Assembly (NCBI GenBank): GCA_000388065.2
Contig: KB932203.1
DNA length: 64,000 nucleotides
DNA from: Fonticula alba ATCC 38817
Lineage: Eukaryota; Protista; Nucleariida
Reading direction: 5' to 3' (one strand)
The stretch's first letter is position 1. Every line of letters starts with the position of its first letter. Both the position numbers and the translations under genes were made by a program. Below the pieces are notes generated by a model that was given only the letters and a program-made list of their open reading frames with translations, ran no database searches and was not told the DNA's origin. Positions 1 through 13,004 of the stretch are shown in pieces.

Positions 1-125
1 GGGGGCGATGTGCTTGCGGGGGGGGGGGGGACAGGGAAGAGAGAGGGGCGGGGAACGGAGGCGCGGCGGGGGATAGTCGCGAATTCGGAGGGGGAAGGGT
101 CAAGGACGGCTCCTGTTCTTGTCGA

Positions 126-441
126 TCACTTTCGAACCTGTGTGAAGGCGGGATTACTGCGTTTGGTGGTGTTAGACTGCGTGAGCGGGGGGGAGGGGGG
201 GGGGGCAGGTAGGGAGAAAACCTCCATCACGCCCGGTTGAAAGCGTGTCTGCGTGGAATGTGACGAGATGCGGGCCCAGGGGAGAGAGAGAGAGAGGATA
301 GGAGAAGGAGCACGCACGCAAACATTTGAGTGTTGGTAGGCCCAAAGGGAGAGGCCCCGCCGGGGGCACCGGACGCCGCTGAGAACGGATTGTTGCCGCC
401 ACCGGCAGCCTGGCCACCGAAGGCACCGAAGCCCTGAGATG

Positions 442-472
<31 letters not shown>

Positions 473-1214
473 GCCGCCGAAAGGACTGGGAGCGGAGGCC
501 TGGCCACCAAAGCCTCGACCGCCCATCGATGAGGTGAGATAGTTATTGAAGCCCGAGGGAGCGCCGAATGCGGGAGCGCCACCGCCGCCGCCGCCGCCGA
601 ACGGCGAGGCGCCAGGCGCCGCGGCACCCGGTCCAAGACCACTAAAGGGCGAGGGCGAGCCGCCGAAAGCCGAGGCACCGGCACCCGGGGCCGGTCCGCC
701 ACCAGCGGCGGCGCTGGCAAAGGGCGATCCAGTGGCCGCAAAGGAGGAAGTGCCGGCGCCGGCGGCTGCCGAGGCGAAGGGCGACGCGCCCGGGGCACCG
801 GCAGCAGGAGCAGCAGCCGCAGTGGCGGCGGAAGCAAATGGAGAGGCATTCGACCCAAGGCGACCATGGCCGGAGTTACCGAAGCCAGATGCCCCAAAGG
901 TCGGGGTGCCTCCGAAGCTGGTTGACGGCGTGACAGCGGCAGTCATGCCGACGCCGGCGGCAAAGGGAGAGCTGCTCGATGTACCGGCCCCCTGGCCACC
1001 AGAAGCCGCCACAGAGAAGGGCGAAGCACTGGCACCAGGCCCGGCCGCAGCGGCACCCTGGCTGAAGGGGCCCGAGGTGCCGAAGGCAGGCGCACCCGGC
1101 GTAGCTGCAGCTTGACCGAAGGGGGAGGGCTGTGCAGTTGTGCCCGCGGCCTTGGCGAAGGGCGAGGCACCGGCCGAGGCGCCAGGAGCATTGAAGCCGG
1201 AGAAGAAGCCCATC

Positions 1215-1252
<38 letters not shown>

Positions 1253-2176
1253 TTGATTGGCAACAGGACCGGGCGTAAACGCACTGGTCTTAGCGCCAGG
1301 AGCGACAGCTCCAGCGCCGAAGGGCGACGGCGAGGCCGTTGTCGACAGAGAGCTCATGCCGCTGGAATTATCACCCAGCGCAGCCCCAAGGCCAGACATG
1401 GACATGGAGGAGGACCCGGAGGAGCCAGGGGAGTTGAATGGCGTGCTGGCACCCTGCTCTGGCCGACCCGGCTGGGCATTCCATGCTGCAAGCTATTTCC
1501 GATCGGCAGGCGTAGAATGTTAGCGGCCGGAGTGGCAGGCGGAAAAACAAGAGGAAGCAAGGGGAAATGGCAGCAGAGGAGGGAAAAAGAAAGAAGAGCC
1601 CATGAGAGTCGCACAGGATTGGTAGGAGCCGCGACTGTCTGATTGGCAGTGGCCTTCTGAGCTTCGGCCTTCTCGGCAGCAGCTTTCTCAGCAGCAGCCT
1701 TCTCGGCAGCAACCTTCTCAGCTTCGGCCTTCTCGGCAGCAATCTTCTCAGCTTCGGCCTTCTCGGCAGCAGCCTTTTCAGCGGCGGCCTTCTCAGCGGC
1801 AGCCTTCTCGGCAGCAGCCTTCTCAGCAGCAGCCTTCTCAGCGGCGGCCTTCTCAGCGGCGGCCTTCTCAGCGGCGGCCTTCTCGGCGGCGGCCTTCTCG
1901 GCGGCGGCCTTCTCGGCGGCGGCCTTCTCAGCGGCAGCCTTCTCAGCGGCGGCCTTCTCAGCAGCAGCCTTTTCAGCGGCGGCCTTCTCAGCAGCAGCCT
2001 TCTCGGCGGCGGCCTTCTCTGCGGCCAGTGCCTGGTTGACACCATTACCTGATAGGCCAGTCGCTGGCTGTAAATCTCCCAGGGTCAAGGGTCGCGACAG
2101 GGACGTCTCATTTGCCGAGTCGCCGAGTGGTGGCAGCGTATCTGAAAGGCCCTTAGACTGGGCATCCTTCAGCTGT

Positions 2177-2208
<32 letters not shown>

Positions 2209-4027
2209 GTAAAGGCGCTGCTGCTGCTGCTGCTGCTGCTGGTGAAGGCGCTGCTGCTCCTTCTCCTTCGCGGCGGCCTGGGAGCGAAGCATCTCCTTAT
2301 TGGCCGTCGCATAGAATTCCGCCAGTTGCGGAGGCTTGCGGAATGAGATCTTCCCTTCGGCCGAAGAGTCGGCGGACGCCGAGTCAAAGAGATCGTAGAA
2401 CTGGCTGTTCGTCAGGTAGCCAGTGGCGGCAATGCCAGGAGCCTGCTTGGGGGGGCGCTCGCCACTGGTGGACAGCAAAGACCCAAGAGGATGGAAGGGG
2501 GTGGTGGTGATGCGCGAATGCCCATCACGCGCGGCCCCGAGCAACAGCGCCCCAGTTCGCAGGGTCACATCCGGGGTCAGTGCAGGGGGGCTCGCGGCAG
2601 TGGCCGAAGCTTCGTCAGCAGTGACCAATCCGCCAGGCATGGTGGACACAGCCAGGCTATTGAATAGGGCCTCCCGAAGGAGACTCTCCGTGTTGTGGCC
2701 TTCCTCGGTGGTGTTCTTCTGAAGGTTCAGGCGTCCAAGGCGATCGGACACGTCATCCAGCGAGCTGGCCACCGTGTCTGCCAAGAGCGAAACCGATGCC
2801 AGGCGTTGGTCGACCGTCGTCAGCATGGCCTGGCTGCTCGCGTGTGAATGCATGACGTGGCCGTGTTTGTGTTTGCGTGTGTTGAAGGAAAAGCGCATCA
2901 AAAAAATCGGACGCGGAGAGGGATGCGTGGCGTCAGGAGGCTGTCCATGGAGCGGGCGGCAAAGAGGAAGACCAGCCGGGCTGATGGCCACACGCACCGA
3001 GCAGAGGTGATGACATCGCGGTTGGCCACCAGATGGAGAAGGCGCTGGTCCAGGGCCTCCAAGGCGGCAGTCGTGCGCTCCAACTTGGCACTGGCGTTGC
3101 TGAGCATCTCCTGCTGCATGGGGTCCACGAACGTCCGATCGAAGACCGACTCGGGGGCCTCGGGGCTGAGGAGCTTCGCCGTGGCGGCCACTGCAGCAGG
3201 CAGGAGGGCGGTGAGTGACAAGTAACCGGGGTGCGGGGGGGGGGGGGGGGGGGGGGGGCAGAAGAAAGTTGGGGAAGCGGAGGGCAGGGGCAGAGGGAAA
3301 TGAGAGCCACGCACAGGCCTCCATCTGCGCGGTAAGTCGGTCAACAGTGGTGTTCAGAGCCTCAGCCGCACTGAGCAGGCCATCGCGCTCCTGGAGCAAG
3401 CCATGGCAAGAGTCATCGGCCGGCCCGAGCAGGGCTTCGGTCGCGCGCACGGACGCCTCAATGTGCTTCAAGTCCATGCTCATACCCAAGGCAAAGGGCT
3501 GCACAGCGCTTTGGGTGGCAAATGAGTGCACAAGTCCGGCATTGATGGCGCTTGGCAGTTGGAGGCTCTCGGCACCGGCCAGCAGCTGAGTCAGGCTCGC
3601 CTCGACAGGGGCAGGAGGGGAAGCCGCCACATGCGAAGGGCCCTTCCCACTGGCAAGCGGTGGCATGGTTGTCAGGGTACGAGGAGTACAACTGTAGGGG
3701 GAGAGGGAAACAGAGGGGGGGGGGGGGAACGGGGGGGGGGGGGGGCGTTGGACAAAAAAACAGCCAAGAAGGACTTGCTGGTCCCCGCTTTGTGCTGTCT
3801 CTCCCGAGCACGGAGGCTAGTTTGTGGACAAAGAAAAGGCGGCGGCCGACTGCCAACGCAATGTTGCCATGTGTGTCCCTCGAATGCGGCCTGGCCGAAA
3901 GCGCCTACCTGGCGTCGCTGCCTTGGGACCGGGCCGAAGGGGGAGCCTGCTTCTCGGGGAGCCGCCACAGGCCCCTCGGCCGTGTTGGGATTGCTGCGCG
4001 GTGGGTGAACCTTTTTCGGCTTCTCAT
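126..4027 (-). CDS. NUP214: Nup214/Nup159-type nucleoporin, coiled-coil + FG-repeat half (no N-terminal beta-propeller); multi-exon, 5' end uncertain (ATG 4027 or 3666)
   Basis: ORFs 1354-3666 and 227-1405 join in frame through a GT-AG intron at 1614-1493 (APTNP|LAAWNAQ). Coiled-coil segments FVDPMQQEMLSNASAKLERTTAALEALDQRL and MLTTVDQRLASVSLLADTVASSLDDVSDRLGRLNLQK resemble metazoan Nup214 LDPKSEAQLQEIRR and DSLQQLRLYK. Many SPFG/FG repeats lie at 330-1300. A probable last exon at 176-126 reads SNTTKRSNPAFTQVRK*. Confidence 0.75.
1654..2025 (-). repeat. Coding 15-bp tandem repeat, about 25 units, encoding (AAAEK)n
   Basis: Plus-strand units such as ggccttctcggcggc vary at synonymous positions; the translation is AEKAAAEKAAAEK... 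with AEAEK/IAAEK/VAAEK variants. Confidence 0.95.
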
Positions 4028-4156
4028 CGAGCCATGGGCCGGGGGAGGGAGCCCTCAGGCCACGCCACAGATTCTCCACCCTCCCCCGCCCCCTGCTCCG
4101 CCTTTTCTCCCTTTCCTTTGGCCCCCCCCCCCTCGCCCCCCCCTCCGCCCTGCACG

Positions 4157-5571
4157 ATGTCGGGCTTCCGCTTCAACTTCCAGGTCAATGAGGCTGACGA
4201 GGAAATGTCTGACACCGAGGTCTCCATGAACATGACCCACGGTGATGGTGCCACCCCCGACGTTCCTGAGGATCCGGCTGCTCAGCTTACACCCAACATC
4301 ACGGTGCGCGGCGCCTGCTCCCTCGTGTCTGTGACCCCGGAACCCTGACCAGCCGACTGACCGACCGTAATCCTGGCTCCATCCCTCCCTGTTTATACCT
4401 GCCACCTCCCCCCCCCCGCCCTGTCATTCTGCCCCTCCTTCGGTTCCTTTCGCCCGAGATAGACAGTCCTCTTTCCCGTGACCGTGAACGATTTCGCCCC
4501 CGCCCCGGGGATCTCCCTGTGGCGTCGCAATGGTACGACCAGCGGCCATTGCTCCACTCCTCGTCAGCACGTCTTCCTCACTCTTCCCCTCTCCACAATG
4601 CAGCCGTCGACTTCGAGTCTACCTTTACTGCCTCGACCAAGTCGGCCGTTTTGACGCACAACACCCAGTCGGATCTCCTGCCCGGTGTCTATGAGGGCGG
4701 CTTCAAGTCCTGGGAGGCGTCCACCGATCTGACGATCTACCTTCAGGGCCTTCTCACGGATGGGCAGCTGACCATCGGCCCGAGCACGCGTGTCCTCGAG
4801 CTCGGCTGCGGGAGCGCCTTGCCTGGGATTTTCCTGCTGACTCGCGGTGCTGGGCTGGTGGACTTCCAGGACTATGTACGACATCCTCATCTCTCGCTCC
4901 TGCCCATTTCGGCATGCCCCTTCCCGCCGTCGGGTTCCATGCACTGCTGCTTTCCCTGGTCAAGTGTCTCCCCCCTCCCCTCCTCTCTCTCGCGCGCGCG
5001 CGCTCTCTCTCTCTCTCTCTTCCTTCGTTCACCTCGTTGATATGCAGATGAGCTAACTTCGATCATCACATTGCAGAACGCCGATGTCATCCACCAGGTT
5101 ACCCTTGCCAATATTGCGCTGAATGTGGCCCGCCGGCCGGATACCCAGGCCCCCACCGAGCCGATCCAATTGCCGCTGTCGGTGCTGGAAGGCTTGCCCT
5201 CGCGCTTTTTCACCGGCGACTGGGCTTCCCTGAGCTCGCTGCTGGTCGATTCCCAGGGGGCCACCCAGGAGTATGATCTTCTGCTCCTGTCGGAGACCAT
5301 CTACTCACTGGCCAACTATCAGAAGCAGATTCAGCTCATCTGGACTCACCTTAGCCGCGGAAACCCGAATGCCTGCGCGCTGGTCGCCGCCAAGAACCAC
5401 TACTTTGGTGTTGGCGGCAACATGATGGATTTCGAGCAGGCGCTCACGGCCTTCCGCCCGGCTGCCGACGGCCCGGCTGATGGCGGCCCGGTGTTCAATG
5501 TTTCCACGGTGTGGAACAGCTCCGACTCCAGCGTGCCGCGTTCCATCCTAAAGGTCTCCCTCCGGCGCTAG
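4157..5571 (+). CDS. METTL18: Histidine protein methyltransferase 1 homologue (METTL18/Hpm1), multi-exon
   Basis: Start MSGFRFNF; motifs SDLLPGVYEGGFKSWEAS, VLELGCGSALPG, DFQDY, YDLLLLSETIY and AAKNHYFGVGG; GT-AG introns between them. Confidence 0.9.
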
Positions 5572-6170
5572 GGGGGGGGGGGGCCCGTTCTGTGCTTTTT
5601 ATCGCCCCTCCCCCTCTGTGTCCTTCGCTCCCCAGATGATTGTGCACTCTCGCGAACCGCTCGATTCTCCCGTCGCGCGCGTGTGCTCTCTCACCTGGTC
5701 TCTGTTCGCCAGGACCCCTGGTGAACGCTGGAGGCCACGGGGAGCGCGCATGCCCCTTCCTCGGTCACACCGCCGCCAGATGACTCGGAAACAATACACG
5801 CCCCTTATAGAGAAAAAACGCATGCCCAAACACAGCGGCACTTGTATGTGTGTCTTCGCCAACAGCGCCCACACGGAGCCACACACACACACACACGCGC
5901 GCATCCCCCTGCTCGAAGATGTGTGATCCGCACCAGCAACCCGAAGAAACGCCGCCCTCCGGCTGATACGCCACAGTCGGGGCCTGATCGAGGCCGAGGG
6001 ATCCGTTGGCAGTCGGCCTGCTGCGGTTGCCTGCCTCGGGCATGGTCCTCAAAAGGGCGTCCTCTCCTTTCGGAGGCCCGACGCTTGGGGGACCATACAG
6101 CGCCCCCTCCCCAGCTCCCCCTCCTCCTCTTTCTCCTTCTTGCGTTCTTCTCTTTCCCTGCCATTCGAGG

Positions 6171-7096
6171 ATGAGCGCCCAGGCTCGCCTGCCGAATACG
6201 GGATCCGGGTACCCCGGGGCCTTGACCACAGCCGCGAGCAGCATTCTCTCATCGCGTATGTTTCAGATCCACTTCCCCCTCCCCCCCCTCCCCCCCCCCC
6301 CCCCTGTCCCTAACATCTGGAGGTCTCGGTCATCTCCCCGCCCCCCCCCTCCCCCCCTGCTCTCTCCCGTCTTACGCAGAGGCACGCCAGCTGCTTGTGG
6401 TGGTCTTCGACTTGAATGCCTCGGCCTGGTCGAACTTCCTCGGCGAGGCGAACGTGGCCACCGCCTTCCCCCGGATCTTGGACCAGTTCGCGGTCTTCTT
6501 CAACATCCATCTGTCCCTTCGTCGGTCCAGCGAGCTGGCCCTGATCGTGTGTCATCGCGGCGGAGCTCGGTTTGTTTATCCGCCGCCGAAGTATGGTGAC
6601 GCTTCGCGCGCCGGACATCCCCCGGGTGCCGGGGAATCTCACGATGAGGTATGCGATCGCTTGCATTTGATATCCATCCCCCCTCCCTTCGGCCGATATC
6701 AACTCACGCATCTGCACATGGCAACGGCGTTAGATTGATGGCCGGTATGAAAAACTCGCCACAGCCCAGAAGGAACTTGTTGCTCAGATCAACGAGTTGG
6801 CCAGCGAAATCATGGCCTCCCAGGCGGCAGGCTCGGCGTCGGTCCATCAGGCGGATGACATCGAGGGTGCGTTTTCCCCACCTGCCACGTTCAAAGGCAT
6901 ACGCTAAGTCTTCCCAAAAGTGGTCTTTTGCCTGGTTCCTCTCTCCCTCTCTCTCTCTCTCTCTGTCTCTCTCCCCCCGTCCCCTCCCTTGCTTCACTCA
7001 CCAATCCCCTTCTTGTCTTTGTGCCAGTCACCAAGATGGCAGCCGCCCTGTCAAGTGCACTCTGCTGTATGTTTTCTCCGAAGTTTCCCTGCCTCC

Positions 7097-7127
<31 letters not shown>

Positions 7128-8072
7128 CCTCGCAATATCCCTCCCCCCTGATGATCTTCTCACCTCCTGACGCGATGGATGCCACCCTGTGCAGATATCA
7201 ACCGCTTCAACAGGGAAAACTATGATCCGCTGCTGCCACAGCCCCGGTCGCGTATCCTTATCGTGACAGCCGCTGCCGGAGCTGCTTCCGCCACCCGGGC
7301 GCACTATATCCCGATGATGAACTGCCTGGCCAGTGCGCAAAAAGCCGGCGCCTGTGTGGACGTGTGCGTTCTCGGGGCGGCTCCCTCGAGCGCCAACCAG
7401 GCCGCCCAGACCTCCGAGGATGGGGACACCTTCCTCCGGCAGCTGGCCGTCATGACGCGCGGAATATATTGGCGTGTGACCGATTCCAGCTCCGTCCTTC
7501 AGCATCTGATGGTGCGCGGCCCATTCGTGCTGGCCCCTGGCCCTACTCCCCGTTCGCTGCTTCCCATCCTGACGGCCGATGTATTGTGTCTGCCTTGCCC
7601 TGCTCCCGCCGTCTGGGCCATCTGCGCTGGATAGTGTCACTTTACCGCAGACGCCGATGCCCGTCAGCACCTGCCGCCACCGTCGCACTCCCAGGCAGCT
7701 GTGGACTTCCGAGCCACCTGCTTCTGTCACCGTAAGCAGTTGGACATTGGCTTCATCTGCGCTGTCTGCCTGTCCGGTGCGTTTGGTAGCCCCCTTGGCC
7801 TGGTGCCTTGCCCTTGCTCTGCTGACTGACACCTGTCCACCGGCCACCGTCTTGCTTTTGGCCCTCGATAGTCTATTGCAATGATTCCCTCGATATGTGT
7901 AGTACTTGCAGGTATCGCCGAACCTTCCTCCGCCCCTTCTTTGCTCCCTTTCCGACTGCTCTCCTTGAGACTGATCCCCCCCCCCCCCCCCGGTCTCCGG
8001 TGCAATTGACCTCCCCCATGCAGCACGCCCTTCTCCGTGGCCGGGTCGCTTCGGCCGGCGCCTGCTTCCTGA
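6171..8072 (+). CDS. TFB4: TFIIH subunit p34/Tfb4 (vWA domain + C-terminal zinc finger), multi-exon
   Basis: [40 protein letters not shown]...[20 protein letters not shown] and [25 protein letters not shown]; spliced end [17 protein letters not shown]...PAS* (TGA 8070-8072). Confidence 0.9.
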
Positions 8073-8378
8073 TCGCGCGTGTGCCCCGTGCGCTTTCCCA
8101 TGTCAAACAAAATAGACCACGCTGCTCTGGAGCAAGCGGCGGAAAAGATGGCCAAAAAGCACGGCATCGGGGCCTTTGCAGAGGGGCGTCCCATTGTGCA
8201 TTCAAGTGCATATGTATGTATATTTGTTGGTGAGCAGGGGATGCTTGTAAAAGCCAGCAGACCGGCAAATGGGATCCAAGGCCTATATGTGTTGGAGAGC
8301 TTGCCTCCTGTGGCATGTGTGTGTGCGTGTGCGTGTGCGTGTGTGCCAACGATCGAAATGGTGCAACACAATCTAAGT

Positions 8379-11300
8379 TCAAAGCGTGAGGGTATCTTGC
8401 TCCATCTTGAGCTGCTCCTGCCAGAGGCGGCTGTACTCGCCCCCCTCAATGGCCAGCAGAGACTCATGGGTGCCGCGCTCAACAATTTGGCCCTGCAGAA
8501 TGACGGTCAATAAGAGGAACAGACATAGACAAGGAGAGGTCCCCTTGNNNNNNNNNNNNNNNNNNNNNNNNNNNNNNNNNNNNNNNNNNNNNNNNNNNNN
8601 NNNNNNNNNNNNNNNNNNNNNNNNNNNNNNNNNNNNNNNNNNNNNNNNNNNNNNNNNNNNNNNNNNNNNNGGCAGGGGCGACCAATTGACTGGCACCAAG
8701 CAGACGCACATGCTTCATGACGAGGATGATGTCCGAGTCGACAATGGTCGACAGACGATGTGCAATCACAAGACTGGTGCGCACGGTGTTGAGGCTGCGT
8801 CTTTCCAGGCCCGTTGCGGCTGACGGGCCGCGGATCAGTTCCTGGATGGACTGCTGGACCGCACGCTCGGTGACTGTATCCAAGGCAGAGGTGGCCTCAT
8901 CGAGCAGCAGAACCGGTGGGTTCTATGTGCGTTGAGTTGCACATGTCAGAACCAAGGTTGCGAGGGGAGGGAATCAAAAGCAAAGGAAGCCCAAGGGAGG
9001 GCAAAAAGGGGGCCCGGGCATACCTTGAGCAGGGTGCGTGCAATGGCCACGCGCTGCTTCTCGCCACCGCTCAGGCGCACGCCGCGCTCGCCCACCCGAG
9101 TGCCATACCCCTCGGGCAGGCTGTCCACCAGGGCATGGATGTGGGCCGCCTGGGCGGCAGCCACAATGCGCCGGTCCACCTGGGCCAGAGCCGCATCATG
9201 CTCGGTCGGATCCTTCGGCGCCACATAGTGGATCCGCCGGTACTGGCGGCTGGAGATGAGCCGCGCACGGCCCGGATCGGCCGGGTCGCCACCCGACAGG
9301 TCCGGCACCGAGGCCGACCCGGATCCGGTCTCCGAGTCGGAAAGGTCGTCATCATCGCTGTCACCCGGCAGGTAGCTGAGAGTTTGCTCGGCCTGGAAGC
9401 GACCACCACCACCGCGACCGCCGCCACCGCGGCCGCCGCCACGGCCGCCGCCGCCGCCGCCGGCGCTGGCCATAGCCGACCAGTTGGATCCCATGGGAAT
9501 GCTGCCCAGGGGCTCCAGGGCCAAGACGGCGGCCGCCGTGTCCGGATCGCCATAGGCGATGTTGAAGCGGATGCTGGCATCAAAGAGGGCCACATCCTGC
9601 GGAACCACACCGACCACCCGGCGCAAGGATTCCAGGGACACATGGCGCACGTCACGGCCGCCGATCTTGACCGCGCCCTCGGTGACATCGTACAGGCGTC
9701 CCGCCAGGCGAAGGAGCGTCGACTTGCCACTGCCGGAGGATCCAACCAGGGCGCAAGACTTGCCAGCCGGAATGCGGAAGCTCACGCCATTGAGCGAGGG
9801 CCTGTCAGACCCCTTGTAGGTAAAGTGGACATTTTCTGCGAGTGGCGTGGGTCCCTCGCCGGCCGGTCAGTGACAGGTGAACGGGAACAAGATCAAAGGG
9901 ACACAAGTGATGGCAGGAGTCGGGGGAGGCGAGAAAAAGGAGAAGGAGAAGGCGAGGCAAGAGGCGGCCGGGGGCAGGGAGGGGGGAGGGGGGGGGGGGG
10001 GCGAAGGGGGCGGAGGAAGGGGGCGCACCGAACTCCAGATCAAACTGGCTGCCCACTTCCGTGAGGTCCACCGCACCCGGGGAGTCGACAATGTCAATGG
10101 GCTCCTTCATGAGGGCCATCATTTTCTCGGCGTCGACGATGCTCTGCTGGATGGAGCGGTACTGCGACCCGAGCCAATTCAGAGGCGAGGCAATCTGACT
10201 GAAGTACGTCAGGAAGAGGGTCAGGTCACCGATGGTCAGGCGCCCATGCGACACTCGCATGCACACCAGGATCATGCCACCCGCCAGGCCGGCCACCAGG
10301 AGGAAATTCTGGATGGAGTTCAGCAGGATGAAGGACAGCACAGTCAGGATGTCGGCGCGCTGGTACCGGCGAATGGCACGGCTGCCAGGGGGGAGGGCCG
10401 GGGGGGGGGGGGGGGGGAGGCGGAAACAGGTCAGGCAAAGCAGGGCGGCAGCGTAAAGGGGGCGCTCTCTCCGTCCCCTGGCCGGCAGGAGACAGGCAGC
10501 AAATCAGGGAGACGAAGAGAGAGAGAGAGAGAGCCGAAAAATGCGCCCCGACATACACGTAGCGACGGATCTCCAGCGCTTCGGCGCCGTAGAGTTTGAC
10601 CGTTTCGTAATTGAGCAGCGAATCGACCGACGTCTGGCGAAGAGCATTGTCGCGTTCATTCATGACTCGGCGGAACTTCGTCCGCCAGGCGGTCACATAC
10701 ACCGTGGCCACCATGTAGATGGAAATCGCCAGGGCCACGATTGCGCCAAAGTACACATCAAAAGCAATCTGACAATGCAAAGGAGGGCCGAGCAGGGGGG
10801 GGGGGGGAGGCCCGGCGGGCAGGAGGGCGGGGGGAGAACCAGCAGGGACGTGAGGACACATTGGTGAAGGAATGGCAGCGGCGGCGGCGGCGGCAGCGAC
10901 AACAGGATGGACAAGGCGTGAGTGACATGCAGCCAGACAGGCAAAGGGCAGCGCAACACAAGGAGCACAGGCAAAGGACGCCGTGAACATACCACAAAGT
11001 AGGCAATGGACACACCGATGTCGATGATGGATGGCCCGACCGAAAAGACCACGGTCTCAACGACTTCGGCCACGGAGGAAGTCCCGCGGTCGACCACACG
11101 CAGCACCTCGCCGGTCTTGCGCTTGGCATGGTACGCCAGCGAGAGGCATTGCAGGTGGGAGAAGACCGCGCGTGAAAGCATGCGGAAGGTGAACTGCGAG
11201 CAGGGCATGTAGAGCCACTTGCGAGCATTGGAAAGCATGCCGAGGGCCGCGCTACCGCCACCCCCCTGCAGCAGCTTCAGGAAGAGATACAGGACGATGT

Positions 11301-12731
11301 CACCCCAGGGCACGGGGATCAGAAGCACGGCCGAGGCCAGGTCGCCGAGCGGAAGGCTCAGGGCATTCGGGGTCAGGGGCGCCGTGTAGGCGTCGATGAT
11401 GCGCTTGTTGAGCACGGGAACCAGCATGTTGACCAGGCGCGCGAGGATGATGATGAAGATGCAGACAACGATGCGGAACTGCAAGCCCGGCCGGTCCTTC
11501 GGCCAGACAAAGGGAATAAGCCGGTGGGCCATGTCCTTCCACTCTTCGAATTCCTCCTCCACCGGGGAGACGGCCGCGGTGCCGACACCACCCGCACGGG
11601 GGGAGGCCACTTCGCCGGAGACGTCCTCCGGAGTGGGAACATCCGCTTGGCCATCCTCCACCGAGGACAACGGGGCATAGGCGGCCGAGGAGGCGCGCGT
11701 GCGCGCGCGACGCATCCCCTGGCGAATGTCTTCCACAAAGAGGATGAACCCGAAGATGACGATCAGGATGATGACCACCAACCGACAGATGAGCATCACA
11801 AAGGGCCCCAGGTAGATGGATGTGATGAGGCTTTGACATGGACCGGCGGTGGCCCACCGGCCGGGGCAAACCGAACTCGTCAGAAGGGACAGCCCACGCG
11901 AGGAGGCGGGGGAACTTTGCGAGGGAGGAAAGGGGCAACGCACTGGCCGATGCCACTGACCAGCTCGTGGCCCAGAGCCGACACATGGCCGGACATTTCG
12001 ACCAGCACGCCAATCAGAGCACCAACCCAAAATAGGAAGGCCGGCCCGGCAGCAAGGGCAGCCCCATGGCGTCCACTGCCCAGGAGAGAGGCCCCGGCGC
12101 CGGCCGGTGAGGTGGACTTGCTGCGCATCAGCAGCGACAGGCCGATGCTGTAGGCCAGGAGCAGGAGAATGTCCGCCAGCAGGGCGAAGGCCGGCGGCGC
12201 GGTGGACACCGATCCGACCCCATCGCTGCCGGAGCTGGCCTGCTGGTACATGGCGGCACTGCCACTGACCGGATCGATGCGTTGAATGCGCGCCACCAGG
12301 TCCACAGCCACGGTGCAGATCAGGAGGATGTGACAGGCCTTGAGTAGCCAGCGGCTGAATTCCACCGGGGCCGAATCGCCATCCGCGGCCGGGGACGTGG
12401 TCTTGGTGGTGGTGGTGGTGGTGGTGGCGGTGGCGGTGGCATTGGCGCTGCCGGTGGTGGGGGTTGTCGGGCCGGAGCTGGGCGAAGAGACGCTTGGCGA
12501 CATGAGGGCCAGTTCGCTGTCCATGGACCTGTCGACTTCCGAGGAGGAGGCGGCCCGCCGCCGGTCGAGAGTCCATGACCACAGGCGCCGAGCATAGCGA
12601 CCCCGGAGGATGTATGCCGTCAGGGCGCTGACGACGGCGATTAGGGCGCCCGTTGTCACTGGCGAACAAAGGAGCAGGTCCACATCGCGCGTGCCGCAAA
12701 ATGGCACGCCCGACAGGAGGGTCGACGCCAT
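8379..12731 (-). CDS. ABCB6: ABCB6/HMT1-type ABC half-transporter (heavy-metal/porphyrin class) with N-terminal extra TM region, multi-exon
   Basis: [72 protein letters not shown]; Walker [10 protein letters not shown]; signature [13 protein letters not shown]; [11 protein letters not shown]; IAHRLSTI; end [11 protein letters not shown]...QDTLTL*. An N-gap lies in the last intron. Confidence 0.9.
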
Positions 12732-12997
12732 GGCCACTCGAGAGGAGGAGCGGGCCAGGGGGAGGGAGAGAGAGAGAGAGGACGGGGGAAGGCGTGTGCG
12801 TGTGTGCGCGTGTGTGTAGCAGTCCCTGTGGAGAGGGTGAGGGGCGTGTGCGGAGAAAGAAAGGTGATGTTCAATTGACGGAGGGGGAATAAAGCACGAT
12901 GGGCGAAAAGAAGGAACGGAGGGGGGGGGGGGGGCAATGTGCGTCGGTGGGGAGGACTGCGGAATAGTTCCCGATATCGAGCGAGGAGTGCCAGGCC

Positions 12998-13004
12998 TTT
13001 TATA
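12998..13004 (-). promoter_or_regulatory. Candidate TATA box (TATAAAA) for the ABC transporter
   Basis: Plus-strand ttttata lies about 270 bp upstream of the ATG at 12731. Confidence 0.35.

Noticed and set aside
1654-2025. Regular tandem array resembling a CRISPR or minisatellite element
   Set aside because: There are no unique spacers, the period is a multiple of 3, and it lies in frame inside a coding exon.
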